Below, one piece after another: positions 1 to 9,599 of a DNA stretch of 64,000 nt. Source of the stretch: an uncultured Mycoplasmatota bacterium (GTDB taxonomy: Bacteria > Bacillota_I > Bacilli_A > RF39 > UBA660); contig CANTCQ010000003.1 of the NCBI GenBank assembly GCA_947652325.1, forward strand, positions 64,890 to 128,889. The letters are read 5' to 3'. The translations under genes were made by a program, and so were the position numbers. The notes under the pieces are model-generated. The model searched no databases. It was not told where the DNA came from and saw only the letters and a list, made by a program, of their open reading frames with translations. Every line of letters starts with the position of its first letter. Within the stretch, counting starts at the first letter, position 1.

Positions 1-17
1 ACAAAGGTGATTTATTT

Positions 18-890
18 ATGAGTGAAAAGGAAATGTTAAAAATAGTCTCAGAAGTACAAAAAAAAGGATTTCAAAATGTATTGCAAAAACAGAATTGGAA
101 TTTTTATACTTTATTAAATTTGTTGTGGATGGTTTCAAATAATCCAATAGTAGTAAAAGAAGAGCAAAAAAACATTCTAGAGATTATCCAAAAAGAGCTA
201 ATCGGTTATCAGTTTCAAGATAAAAAAATAGGAGTAATAGCAGATACACATATTGGAAGTGTGAATCACAATTGGGAGTATATAAAAAGAACTTATGAAA
301 GATTTTCTAAAGAAGGAATAAAAAATATTTTTCATATGGGGGATTTAGTTGAAGGTTATCCTAGACAATACAAAGAACAAAAAGAAAAAGGAAAAACAAT
401 TTGTGAAGAACAAATGGAAGATATAATAAATAATTATCCTAAAGGGTTTAATAACTTTGTTATAATTGGCAACCATGAAAAAACATTTTCAGAATACGAT
501 GTTGATTTCCAACAAGAATTAAATAATATAAGAAAAGACATACTATATTTAAGTCAAGAAGGTGAAATAAACTGTGTAGATTGGAATAATAGGAAAATCA
601 ATTTAAAACATAAAATTACAAAAGAACCAATACCTCCATTTTTGCAAGATGTCTATTTAACAATTGGAGGGCATTCTCATTATTATGATTACAATCCAAA
701 ATTTCATATATTAAAAGTGCCAACTTGTAGTAACAATCATTCAATTGGTAGAATGAGTAGTAAATATGAACCTGGTTTTATAATTTTAGAAAATAGAGAA
801 AAAGGCATTATTGTACATCGCTATGGTTTTGATGAAAAGGTGACAAAACATATATTAAAGCGGGTAATAAAAGAAGAAAACAAATACTAA
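18..890 (+). CDS. calcineurin-like metallophosphoesterase
   Basis: 290-aa ORF with ordered phosphoesterase motifs DTHIG, GDLVEG, GNHE, GGHSH. SD-like aaaggtga lies upstream. Confidence 0.75.
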   Translation: MSEKEMLKIVSEVQKKGFQNVLQKQNWNFYTLLNLLWMVSNNPIVVKEEQKNILEIIQKELIGYQFQDKKIGVIADTHIGSVNHNWEYIKRTYERFSKEGIKNIFHMGDLVEGYPRQYKEQKEKGKTICEEQMEDIINNYPKGFNNFVIIGNHEKTFSEYDVDFQQELNNIRKDILYLSQEGEINCVDWNNRKINLKHKITKEPIPPFLQDVYLTIGGHSHYYDYNPKFHILKVPTCSNNHSIGRMSSKYEPGFIILENREKGIIVHRYGFDEKVTKHILKRVIKEENKY

Positions 891-906
891 AAAGTATTTG
901 TTTTTT
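877..906 (+). terminator. rho-independent terminator
   Basis: aaaacaaatact / agtatttgtttt perfect 12-bp stem with a 4-nt A loop, then a T run. It overlaps the stop codon of the phosphoesterase gene. Confidence 0.8.
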
Positions 907-907
907 C

Positions 908-937
908 TTGACACAGGTCGAAGAAGGGGGTTATAAT
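908..937 (+). promoter_or_regulatory. sigmaA-type promoter TTGACA-N18-TATAAT with a G5 run in the spacer
   Basis: TTGACA at 908-913, TATAAT at 932-937, GGGGG at 926-930. Confidence 0.6.
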
Positions 938-951
938 ACCAAAAACTTAAA

Positions 952-958
952 GGGGGGG
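952..958 (+). repeat. G7 homopolymer forming the Shine-Dalgarno region of the 970 ORF
   Basis: aaaGGGGGGGaaagatttgatATG. The tract ends 11 nt before the ATG at 970. Confidence 0.9.
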
Positions 959-969
959 AAAGATTTGAT

Positions 970-2175
970 ATGAATAAAGCCATAACAAAATTTATCAACT
1001 ATTTAGAAGAGTCAAAGATGTATGTAAAAAAAATAATAAAAGAATGTCCTGAAGGATGTGAAACGGTATTCATAGATGGAACTTATTTAGAGTTGTGTGG
1101 GATTCAAGATGAAAAAAACAATTTAGAAAAATTAATTATTTTTTTTAAAACAACAGATGATGAAAGTATTTATAAATATTTCTCGTTTATATCTTATTAT
1201 TTAGAAAATAGCCCGCTTAAAATGCGAGAAAAAATGGCTGTTTTATTTTATATAGTGAAAAAAAATCAAATTCAACTTACAAAATATCCAGAAAGAATTT
1301 CTAGAATATTAGATTTAAATATACTTCATAAACTATATGCACCTACTATGAACCTTGAGAAATTTAATCAATTTATTCACCAACAAAACGTAAATGAATT
1401 AATTAATAAAAAAATGGAGATACTTACTCCTAAAGAAATCTTATTAAGACAAAAAATATTAGAAGCAGAAAAGGATACAGAAAACGAGCATAAACTTTTT
1501 ATAAAAGTACATCAATATATAGAAGACCACTATTTCAGAAAAGAAAATAATTATACAAAAAAAGATATTAAATTTATAGAAGTAGCTTTAAAGAAATTAG
1601 GAGTAAGTAAAAAATTAATATCTGCTTTTATCAGTATTTTAACTACGGATTTAGAAAAACGAAAACCAATACAAGAAAGTAGGATAGACGAATCAAAATC
1701 TATGAATAAAGAAAATTTTATGGCATTATCTACAAAAGAATATAACGAAATATTTAAAGAGATAGAAATCTATTACGATATTCAAGAACATAAAATTATC
1801 AAAGCGCTGACTGAGGAAGAAATTATATATTTAGTAAGTTTAATGCTAAAAATCAATATTCCATTAATTGAAATAAAAAAATGCATTCAAAACATTAACT
1901 GGCATGGTTGGAGTGCTTACACAAATCCTATAATGGCTTATAATGATTATTATGGAAAACTAAAAAACAATAGTTCTGTTGTGGAAGTAGAAATAGTAAT
2001 AAAAAGTATAAATGAATTAATTGGAGCACTTTTTATACCAGAAAATGAAGAAGAATATCTTTTTTGGAAACAAGAAATAGCAAATGAATTAAAGAAAGTT
2101 CGTAACATACTAAACCAAGATGATGGATACGAATTAGGAGAAGCTAGAAAACTTATAATAAAAGAAGAAAAATAA
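970..2175 (+). CDS. hypothetical protein (401 aa, Lys/Glu/Ile-rich, no motif recognised)
   Basis: Long ORF with its own promoter and G-rich SD. Confidence 0.6.
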   Translation: MNKAITKFINYLEESKMYVKKIIKECPEGCETVFIDGTYLELCGIQDEKNNLEKLIIFFKTTDDESIYKYFSFISYYLENSPLKMREKMAVLFYIVKKNQIQLTKYPERISRILDLNILHKLYAPTMNLEKFNQFIHQQNVNELINKKMEILTPKEILLRQKILEAEKDTENEHKLFIKVHQYIEDHYFRKENNYTKKDIKFIEVALKKLGVSKKLISAFISILTTDLEKRKPIQESRIDESKSMNKENFMALSTKEYNEIFKEIEIYYDIQEHKIIKALTEEEIIYLVSLMLKINIPLIEIKKCIQNINWHGWSAYTNPIMAYNDYYGKLKNNSSVVEVEIVIKSINELIGALFIPENEEEYLFWKQEIANELKKVRNILNQDDGYELGEARKLIIKEEK

Positions 2176-2308
2176 GAAAGTAGAAAAAAAGATAAACAAT
2201 TTGTCTTTTTTTTAAATATTACATTTTCGAGAGTATCTTTTTATAAATTTTTAAATAGTATTACCCTTATTATATAGCATATAGCTTTGAAAATTTAAAT
2301 ATTATAAA

Positions 2309-2872
2309 CTATACGATTTTTCTTTTTTGTTTGTTAGTTTTTTCATAATCTATAATGTTATTAAAACTATCATAAATTTTTTCTAATACGAAATCGCTAC
2401 TTTTATTTATATTTACATAAAAATCAAATACTAGTTTTATATATTCATAAGAAAAAATTTTAAGCCATTCAATAAATTCTTCTTGCATATACTCATCAAA
2501 ATCTATTCTATTATAGTAATTATATTGTTATGAGATTGGTTTATATGTTCTTTTATAAGTTTTTGTTTGTCCTTCATTTTCATATGTTTCTTGCGATGTT
2601 GAAGTCGAAGTTCTATTTTCACTAGAAATATTGCTTTTCTCTTTTTCGTAAAGAATTTCATCATATAATATTCTTAAATTGGGATTTCTTAAAATACTAT
2701 ATGCTTCATTTATTTTAAACATCATCTTATGGCAAAATTCATTATTGGCATTAGGATTAGTATCTGGATGATATTCCATTGCCTTTCTTCTATATGCTAT
2801 TTTTATTTCTTTTAAAGTTGCATTTTGTGATACATTTTATATTTCATATAAGGTTTGTTCTTTATCTTCCAT
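2309..2872 (-). pseudogene. J-domain (DnaJ-like) protein gene interrupted by two in-frame TAA codons
   Basis: My translation of the minus strand gives MEDKEQTLYEI*NVSQNATLKEIKIAYRRKAMEYHPD..., a J-domain with HPD. The stop at 2837-2839 sits where a conserved Leu (YEIL) is expected. The same frame continues past the TAA at 2528-2530 for 72 more codons, to a TAG at 2309-2311. SD aagaaagga lies before the ATG at 2872. Confidence 0.7.
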
Positions 2873-3042
2873 ATAAAATCCTTTCTTATTCCTATTCTAT
2901 CATAAAATTTCAAATTACAAATAATTTTTAAAAAATTTTGAAGGCTATCTATAGAGTAGTAAATATAGCCTAAATTTCTAAATAGTTATTTATAAAATAG
3001 AACTTATATTAAATAATTAATATTTAAAAAAATTTTATAAAA

Positions 3043-3070
3043 TTAGCAGTCATATATTGACAAGTGCTAA
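3043..3070 (+). promoter_or_regulatory. CIRCE-like HrcA operator (imperfect, 10-nt spacer) overlapping the -35 box
   Basis: TTAGCAGTC-N10-AAGTGCTAA, against the consensus TTAGCACTC-N9-GAGTGCTAA. Confidence 0.6.
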
Positions 3071-3085
3071 GCATACTATTATAAT
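3057..3085 (+). promoter_or_regulatory. sigmaA-type promoter of the hrcA operon
   Basis: TTGACA at 3057-3062, 17-nt spacer, TATAAT at 3080-3085. Confidence 0.8.
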
Positions 3086-3089
3086 GGTA

Positions 3090-3116
3090 TTAGCATTTTA
3101 AAAAAAAGAGTGCTAA
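3090..3116 (+). promoter_or_regulatory. CIRCE HrcA operator
   Basis: TTAGCATTT-N9-GAGTGCTAA between the -10 box and the SD of hrcA. Confidence 0.85.
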
Positions 3117-3128
3117 AGAGGTGATGAA

Positions 3129-4136
3129 ATGGAAGAAAGACAAAACAAATTGCTAAAAGCAATCGTGGAGTCTTATATTAAAACTGTAAAGCCCATAGGT
3201 TCTAAATCTTTATGCAAAAAATTTAATTGCTCAAGTGCTACTATTCGCAATGAAATGGCAGTATTAGAAAACTTAGGTTTTATTGAAAAAAACCATATCT
3301 CCTCTGGAAGAATTCCTAGCGAAGCAGGATATAAATATTATGTAGAACACTTGATGAAACCAAAAGAGTTAACGGGAGAAGATGTTTTAAAACTACAAAC
3401 TATTTTTAAAAACAATGAACTAGAGTTAAGTGATTCCATTAATAAAACGGTAGAAATTATAAGCGAACTTACACATTATACAAGCATTATTTTAGGAAAA
3501 AGTTCTAGTGAAAATACACTAAGTCAAGTAAACATTATTCCTATTGCAGATAAAAAAATCGTAGCGCTCGTTTGTACAGACAAAGGAATTGTAGAAAATA
3601 AACAATTTATGTTAGAAAGTGAAACGGAAATTAAAGAAATTGTAAAAACGAGTGAAATCATCAATAAGATGTTAGTAGGTACACCGATTAATGAAGTTTC
3701 CAAAAGATTAGAGTTTGAAATAAAACCTATCATAAGTAGACAAATTAAGCAGTATGAAACCGTATATAATATTTTTGCTGATGCATTTAACGAATTTTTA
3801 AATAAACGAGAGAATGTTTATTTTGGTGGCAAAACAAAGATATTTAATGAGCCAGAATACAACAATGCCTATGCTATTAAACAATTAGCAAGTAAATTCG
3901 AAGACAAAGATTTTATCAAGCGAATTGAAGAAGAGGAAGAAGGTTCATCTGGCGAAGTAAAAATCTATATTGGAGAAGAAAATGATTTTGACCCGAATGT
4001 CACCATTATCAAAAGTAAATACAAAAGGAATGGGGAAGAAGGAACGATTGCAATTGTAGGCCCTAAAAGAATGGAATACGACCGTGTGGTTGGCCTTTTA
4101 GAATATCTCCAAAAAGAATTAAACGAAGAGGACTAG
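3129..4136 (+). CDS. hrcA: heat-inducible transcription repressor HrcA
   Basis: N-terminal winged-helix sequence LLKAIVESYIKTVKPIGSKSL...SSATIRNEM. It is the first gene of an hrcA-grpE-dnaK cluster and is preceded by CIRCE. Confidence 0.95.
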   Translation: MEERQNKLLKAIVESYIKTVKPIGSKSLCKKFNCSSATIRNEMAVLENLGFIEKNHISSGRIPSEAGYKYYVEHLMKPKELTGEDVLKLQTIFKNNELELSDSINKTVEIISELTHYTSIILGKSSSENTLSQVNIIPIADKKIVALVCTDKGIVENKQFMLESETEIKEIVKTSEIINKMLVGTPINEVSKRLEFEIKPIISRQIKQYETVYNIFADAFNEFLNKRENVYFGGKTKIFNEPEYNNAYAIKQLASKFEDKDFIKRIEEEEEGSSGEVKIYIGEENDFDPNVTIIKSKYKRNGEEGTIAIVGPKRMEYDRVVGLLEYLQKELNEED

Positions 4137-4148
4137 GAAGGAAATTTT

Positions 4149-4715
4149 ATGGAAGAAAAAGAAAAAATCGAAGAAACAAAAGAAACAACTTCTGAAAATA
4201 AAGAAGAAGTAAAAGAAACAATGAAAGAAAATAAAGAAAAGCAAAAAAAATGCAAACATAACAAAGAAATAGAAGCGTTAAAAGAAGAAAATAATTTATT
4301 AAAAGAAAAAATTTTAAGAATAAGTGCCGAATCACAAAATATGCAGCGTAGATTAAATGAAGAAATGATGAAGATTCGAAAATACGAGGGAGAGGATTTT
4401 GCCAAAAAAATACTTCCTATTCTTGATAATTTTGAAAGAGCCATAAAACTGGATGATAATGACTTAACAGATGAATTATCCAAATTCTTAAGTGGATTTA
4501 AAATGATTTATACAGGTCTTTTAACTGTTTTAAATGAAAATGAAATTAAAGAAATAGAATGTATAAATAAGGAATTTGATTCTAATTTCATGGAAGCCGT
4601 TTTAACTGCTAAAGAAGAAGGAATCAACAAAAATCAAGTTTTGGAAGTTTTACAAAAAGGATATATGTATAAAGATAAATTACTAAGACCAGCTATGGTT
4701 AAGGTAAGTGAATAA
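4149..4715 (+). CDS. grpE: nucleotide exchange factor GrpE
   Basis: 188 aa with an acidic/coiled N-terminus and a GrpE core ([15 protein letters not shown] ... [16 protein letters not shown]), located between hrcA and dnaK. Confidence 0.95.
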   Translation: MEEKEKIEETKETTSENKEEVKETMKENKEKQKKCKHNKEIEALKEENNLLKEKILRISAESQNMQRRLNEEMMKIRKYEGEDFAKKILPILDNFERAIKLDDNDLTDELSKFLSGFKMIYTGLLTVLNENEIKEIECINKEFDSNFMEAVLTAKEEGINKNQVLEVLQKGYMYKDKLLRPAMVKVSE

Positions 4716-4737
4716 AAAAAGGAAAGAGGAAAGAAAA

Positions 4738-6567
4738 ATGAGTAAAATTATAGGTATCGATTTAGGTACAACCAATTCATGTGTAGCATTTTTAGAAGGA
4801 GGAAAACCAGTTGTAATTGCCAACAAAGAGGGAAATAGAACGACTCCAAGTGTTGTGGCATACACCGATAAGGGGGAAATACTAGTTGGTGAAAATGCCA
4901 AAAGACAAGCTGTAACCAATAAAAATACAGTATCATCTGCCAAAAGAAAAATGGGAACAAGTGAAACATTTGATATTGATGGAAAAAAATATACACCGCA
5001 ACAAATTAGTGCTCAAGTTTTAATGAAATTAAAAGCAGATGCAGAAAGTTTTTTAGGAGAAACGGTAACAAAAGCCGTTATTACGGTTCCTGCTTATTTT
5101 AATGATGCAGAACGTCAAGCTACAAAAGATGCAGGAAAAATAGCAGGACTTGAAGTAGAACGTATTGTAAACGAGCCGACTGCAGCAGCTCTTGCTTATG
5201 GACTAGATAAACAAGATAAATTACAAACGATTTTAGTTTATGATTTAGGTGGAGGTACATTTGATGTTTCCATACTAGAACTTGGAGATGGAATTTTTGA
5301 AGTAAAATCAACAAGCGGAAACAATCGTTTAGGTGGTGATGACTTCGATAATCGTATAATGGATTATTTAGTAGAAGAATTTAAAAAGATGGAAGATATT
5401 GATTTATCAAAAGATAAAATGGCTATGCAAAGACTTAAAGATGCTGCTGAAAAAGCCAAGAAAGATTTATCCGGAATGGCTTCTACCCAAATCAATTTAC
5501 CATTTATTTCTCAAAAAGAAAGTGGACCTGTTCATTTGGATATCAATTTAACCAAAGCCAAATTTGAAGATTTATGTCGCGATTTATTCGATTCTACTCT
5601 TGAGCCAGTTCGTAAAGCGTTAAAAGATGCGAAATTGGATAAGAATAAAATTGACCAAGTTATTTTGGTTGGAGGTTCAACACGTATTCCATATATTCAA
5701 GAATTAGTAGAACGTGAACTTGGAAAGGCTCCAAATAAGGGAGTAAATCCAGATGAAGTCGTAGCAATGGGTGCTGCTATTCAAGGAGGAGTATTATCAG
5801 GGGAAGTAGAAGATTTAGTTCTTTTAGATGTAACACCACTTTCTCTAGGAATTGAAACACTTGGAGGCGTAATGACACCACTAATTCCTAGAAATACAAC
5901 GATACCAACTTCAAAATCACAAGTATTTTCAACTGCTGCCGATAATCAACCAGCTGTAGATATTCATGTATTACAAGGAGAACGTCAAATGGCTGCGGAT
6001 AACAAAACACTTGGCAACTTCCAACTTACCAATATTCCACCAGCACCTCGTGGAGTTCCTCAAATTGAAGTTAAATTTGATATTGATGCCAATGGTATTG
6101 TTAATGTTACTGCAAAAGATTTAGGAACAAATAAAGAACAAAAAATAACCATTCAGTCTTCTACAGGACTTTCTGATGAAGACATTGAACGTATGGTACG
6201 TGAAGCAGAAGAAAACAAAGAAGCAGATGAAAAACGTAAAGAAGAAGTAGAAGTACGAAATAATGCTGATTCTATGATTTTCCAAACAGAAAAAGCTATC
6301 AAAGATTTAGGAGACAAAGTAGATTCTAAAGATAAAAGTGATGCGGAAGAAAAAATAAAGGAATTAAAAGAAGCACTAGGAAAAGAAGATACAGAAGATA
6401 TTAAAAAGAAAACCGAAAGTTTACAAGAAGTAGCCATGAAATTAGCAACTAAAGTTTACGAAGAAGCTGCAAAAGAAAATCAAACTGCAACTGATGCAAA
6501 TAACAATGAAACATCTGAAACTAAAAAAGAGGACAATGTAGAAGAAGCAAATTACGAAGAAAAATAA
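4738..6567 (+). CDS. dnaK: molecular chaperone DnaK (Hsp70)
   Basis: [18 protein letters not shown] and [11 protein letters not shown] motifs. The start is set at the MSKIIGID Met, which has an SD (aggaaagagga). The upstream Met at 4708 is judged a spurious extension. Confidence 0.97.
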   Translation: MSKIIGIDLGTTNSCVAFLEGGKPVVIANKEGNRTTPSVVAYTDKGEILVGENAKRQAVTNKNTVSSAKRKMGTSETFDIDGKKYTPQQISAQVLMKLKADAESFLGETVTKAVITVPAYFNDAERQATKDAGKIAGLEVERIVNEPTAAALAYGLDKQDKLQTILVYDLGGGTFDVSILELGDGIFEVKSTSGNNRLGGDDFDNRIMDYLVEEFKKMEDIDLSKDKMAMQRLKDAAEKAKKDLSGMASTQINLPFISQKESGPVHLDINLTKAKFEDLCRDLFDSTLEPVRKALKDAKLDKNKIDQVILVGGSTRIPYIQELVERELGKAPNKGVNPDEVVAMGAAIQGGVLSGEVEDLVLLDVTPLSLGIETLGGVMTPLIPRNTTIPTSKSQVFSTAADNQPAVDIHVLQGERQMAADNKTLGNFQLTNIPPAPRGVPQIEVKFDIDANGIVNVTAKDLGTNKEQKITIQSSTGLSDEDIERMVREAEENKEADEKRKEEVEVRNNADSMIFQTEKAIKDLGDKVDSKDKSDAEEKIKELKEALGKEDTEDIKKKTESLQEVAMKLATKVYEEAAKENQTATDANNNETSETKKEDNVEEANYEEK

Positions 6568-6613
6568 AGAAAGTTCTAGGAAACTAGAGCTTTTCTAAAA
6601 TTAAGGAGAAAGA

Positions 6614-8398
6614 ATGGAAAAAATAAAAAAAAGAAGTGAGATTCGATGCGAAGACAAATGGGACAGAACGCTTCTTGTAAAAGATGAAGAAGATTATAAA
6701 AAGAAAAAAGAAGAAACGCAAAAGTTTTTACAAAAAATCGTAAGTTTGAAAGGTCATCTTTTAGATACCGCCCAAAATTTACTTACTTATTGTGAGACTT
6801 CTACCAAACTTGAAAAATTGCTTTTAGATATATATGTTTGGAGTAACCTTTATAAATGGGAAGATTTAAATGATGCACTAGCAAATAAATTTTCTTTAGA
6901 AGCAGAAGAATTGAATCATAAAATAACAGAAGCAACTTCTTTTGTAATTCCTGAAATTTTAAAAGGAAATTTAGAACAAATTAAAAATTTTCAAAAAGAA
7001 GAACCCAAGTTACAAGAATTTACTTTCACATTTGAGAGCATTTTTCAAGACAAAGAACATATATTAAATGAAGAGTCTGAGAAATTAATTAGTCAACTTA
7101 CCCGTTCTTATGGAAAATCAAAAGATACGCATGAAATACTAAATGATGCAGAGGGAGATTTAGGCACTGTAAAAATAAAAGGAGAAGATATTCAACTTAC
7201 ACAAAGTAATTACATTTCTTTATTAAAAAATAAAGACCAAAAAACACGCAAAAATGTTTTTAAAACCTATTATCAATTTTATAAGAATCATAAAAATACT
7301 ATAGCCTCTTTATATAACAGTAATGTTTTAGAAGATAATGCCCTTGCTCGTGTTCGAAAGTTTGAAAGTAGTTTAAAAATGGCACTTCATCATGAAAATA
7401 TTGCGGAGGTTGTCTATGAAAATTTACTTTCTTCTGTTCATAAAAATAAAAAAATGATATTTGAATTTCAAAAAATACGTAAAAAATTATTAGGAATAAA
7501 AGAGTATCATATTTACGACAATTATGTAGATTTAGAACTAGAGGAGGAACAAAAATACCCAATTGAAAAATGCAAAAATATTTTAAGAGAAGCTTTAAAA
7601 CCTCTTGGAGAAGATTATTTAAAAAAGTTAGAATTTATGTTTACGAGTTCTTATATAGATTATTATCCAAATAAAGGGAAACGAAGTGGCGCTTTTCAGT
7701 GGCACCGATACGTTTGTCTAAATCATATCAATACATTTGAATCTTTAGAAACAATGGCTCATGAACTTGGACATGCAATGAATACCTTGTATACAGAAGA
7801 AAATCAACCCTTTCATTATCAAAATAATCCCATTTTTTTAGCAGAAATTGCAAGTACTTTAAATGAAGTCTTGTTAAATGAATATTTATATAAAAATGCC
7901 AAAACAAAAGAAGAGCAAGTAAAAGTTTTAACTGATTTTTTATCACGCATTCAGGCAACTATTTATCGCCAAACAATGTTTGCGGAATTTGAATATTTGA
8001 TGCATAAAAAAATAGAAGAAGGTATTTCCTTAACAGAAGAATATATGTCCAATGCATACTATAAATTAGTAGAAGAATATTTTGATAAAGAAGTGATACT
8101 AGATGAGGAAATTAAATATGAATGGATGCGTATTCCCCATTTTTATACCTCTTTTTACGTTTACAAATATGCTATTGGTCTTATTTGTGCTTTAATTTTT
8201 GCAAAAAGAATAATAAATGGTGAAGAAAACGCTATTAAAAATTATCTTTCATTTTTAGCAAGTGGAACAAGCGCTTATCCGTTAGAAATACTAAAAAAAG
8301 CCAATATTGATTTAACCAATATATATGTTTTTGAAGAAGCTTTCTCTTTAATTGATGAAAAAATTACAAAATTGAAAGAAGTGATGCAAAATGAATAA
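6614..8398 (+). CDS. pepF: oligoendopeptidase F-like M3 metallopeptidase
   Basis: 594 aa with the HELGHAM zinc motif and a downstream E (LAEIAS). Length and layout are typical of M3B PepF. Confidence 0.85.
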   Translation: MEKIKKRSEIRCEDKWDRTLLVKDEEDYKKKKEETQKFLQKIVSLKGHLLDTAQNLLTYCETSTKLEKLLLDIYVWSNLYKWEDLNDALANKFSLEAEELNHKITEATSFVIPEILKGNLEQIKNFQKEEPKLQEFTFTFESIFQDKEHILNEESEKLISQLTRSYGKSKDTHEILNDAEGDLGTVKIKGEDIQLTQSNYISLLKNKDQKTRKNVFKTYYQFYKNHKNTIASLYNSNVLEDNALARVRKFESSLKMALHHENIAEVVYENLLSSVHKNKKMIFEFQKIRKKLLGIKEYHIYDNYVDLELEEEQKYPIEKCKNILREALKPLGEDYLKKLEFMFTSSYIDYYPNKGKRSGAFQWHRYVCLNHINTFESLETMAHELGHAMNTLYTEENQPFHYQNNPIFLAEIASTLNEVLLNEYLYKNAKTKEEQVKVLTDFLSRIQATIYRQTMFAEFEYLMHKKIEEGISLTEEYMSNAYYKLVEEYFDKEVILDEEIKYEWMRIPHFYTSFYVYKYAIGLICALIFAKRIINGEENAIKNYLSFLASGTSAYPLEILKKANIDLTNIYVFEEAFSLIDEKITKLKEVMQNE

Positions 8399-9509
8399 AA
8401 AAGATTATTATGAGGTTCTAGGTGTTTCAAAAACAGCAAGTGATGAAGAAATCAAAAGAGCGTTTCGACGTCTTGCTAAACAATACCACCCTGATGTCAA
8501 TAAAGAAGCGGATGCGGAAGAAAAATTCAAAGAAATTGGAGAAGCATACGCTATTCTTTCTGACCCTGAAAAAAGAAGACAATATGACCAATTTGGGCAT
8601 GCTGCATTTGAAGGAGGAGCAGGAGGCGGTTTCAGCGGATTTAGTACAGATGATATTGATTTAAGTAGCATCTTTGAAGATTTATTTGGCTCTTCTTTTG
8701 GCTTTAATTTTGGTGGTGGAAGCAGAAATCGAAGAAACGGACCAACAAAAGGGCGCGACCGTTTGATAAAAATGAACTTAACTTTTGAAGAAGCTGTTTT
8801 TGGCTGTAAAAAAACACTTGATTTAGATTTAAACGAAACTTGTGAAAAATGTCATGGAGTTGGCGGCTTTGGTGAAAAAACGTGTAATAAGTGTCATGGA
8901 CGTGGAACCATTATTATAGAACAAAAATCAATGTTTGGTATATTTCAAACCCAAACGACCTGTAATGAATGTAATGGTTCAGGGAAAAATTTTGAAACTA
9001 CTTGCAACGAATGCCGTGGTAGTGGGCATATCCGTGCAAAAAAAGAAATAGTAGTTACCATTCCAGAAGGCGTTGATACAGGATATCAACTTCGTATTAG
9101 TGGAAAAGGAGAAGCTGGCGCAAACGGAGGACCTAACGGCGATATTTACATTGAATTTTCAGTAAAAAAACACGATTTCTTTGTAAGAGAAGAAGAAGAT
9201 ATATATTTAGAAGTTCCCCTTACGATTACAGAAGCAGCACTTGGTTGTAAAAAAGAGATTCCAACTTTAGAAAATAACGTTGTCTTAGAAGTAAAAGCAG
9301 GAGCAAGCACAGGAGAGAAATTAAAACTCAAAGGAAAAGGTATTAAAATACCCAATTCTCTTCGTAAAGGCGATATGTATGTTATCTTAAATGTCATAAC
9401 ACCAACAAAACTAAATCGTAAACAAAAAAAATTATTAGAAGAATTAGCACAAACAGGTTTAGAAGAAGAAACGCCTTTTAAAGATTTTCAAAAGTACTTG
9501 AAAAAATAA
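8391..9509 (+). CDS. dnaJ: co-chaperone DnaJ
   Basis: J domain (YYEVLGV...HPD), a G/F-rich linker and four CxxCxGxG repeats. Its start overlaps the pepF stop by 8 nt. Confidence 0.97.
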   Translation: MNKKDYYEVLGVSKTASDEEIKRAFRRLAKQYHPDVNKEADAEEKFKEIGEAYAILSDPEKRRQYDQFGHAAFEGGAGGGFSGFSTDDIDLSSIFEDLFGSSFGFNFGGGSRNRRNGPTKGRDRLIKMNLTFEEAVFGCKKTLDLDLNETCEKCHGVGGFGEKTCNKCHGRGTIIIEQKSMFGIFQTQTTCNECNGSGKNFETTCNECRGSGHIRAKKEIVVTIPEGVDTGYQLRISGKGEAGANGGPNGDIYIEFSVKKHDFFVREEEDIYLEVPLTITEAALGCKKEIPTLENNVVLEVKAGASTGEKLKLKGKGIKIPNSLRKGDMYVILNVITPTKLNRKQKKLLEELAQTGLEEETPFKDFQKYLKK

Positions 9510-9524
9510 GTACTTTTTATTTTA
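9492..9524 (+). terminator. rho-independent terminator after dnaJ
   Basis: Two copies of the self-complementary AAGTACTT, 8 nt apart, followed by TTTATTTT. Confidence 0.7.
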
Positions 9525-9544
9525 CAAACATAAAAAATCATAAT

Positions 9545-9573
9545 TTGACAACATAGAATAGGATTGTTATACT
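9545..9573 (+). promoter_or_regulatory. sigmaA-type promoter
   Basis: TTGACA-N17-TATACT, 27 nt upstream of the 9600 ORF. Confidence 0.65.
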
Positions 9574-9599
9574 TATATATATAATAAGAGGTTGATTAT

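Noticed and set aside
4133-4483. Minus-strand ORFs antisense to well-supported genes. Examples are 3524-3733, 4133-4483, 4683-4943, 6153-6437, 22538-22957, 25511-25831, 28120-28461, 37033-37353, 45177-45569 and 55475-55828.
   Set aside because: They lie wholly inside strongly supported + strand genes (hrcA, grpE, dnaK, xseA, spoIVB, tadA, ruvB, relA). Their low-complexity Ser/Phe/Leu/Ile-rich translations are typical of the antisense strand of K/E-rich genes. None has an SD or promoter.
4708-4737. Upstream Met extensions offered by the ORF track for dnaK (4708), nusB (21243), the SPOR protein (25878), ruvA (44066), DUF421 (50502) and spoVB (53902).
   Set aside because: The conserved protein N-termini and SD sequences sit at internal Met codons. 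The extensions run through the upstream gene's end or through intergenic DNA.
5268-5277. A fourth copy of TTCCATACTA inside dnaK.
   Set aside because: It lies within the conserved coding sequence (DVSILE) with no downstream start codon, so it is probably coincidental.
8422-8664. 80-aa + strand ORF overlapping dnaJ in another frame.
   Set aside because: It is fully embedded in the J domain and G/F region of dnaJ, with no independent signals.
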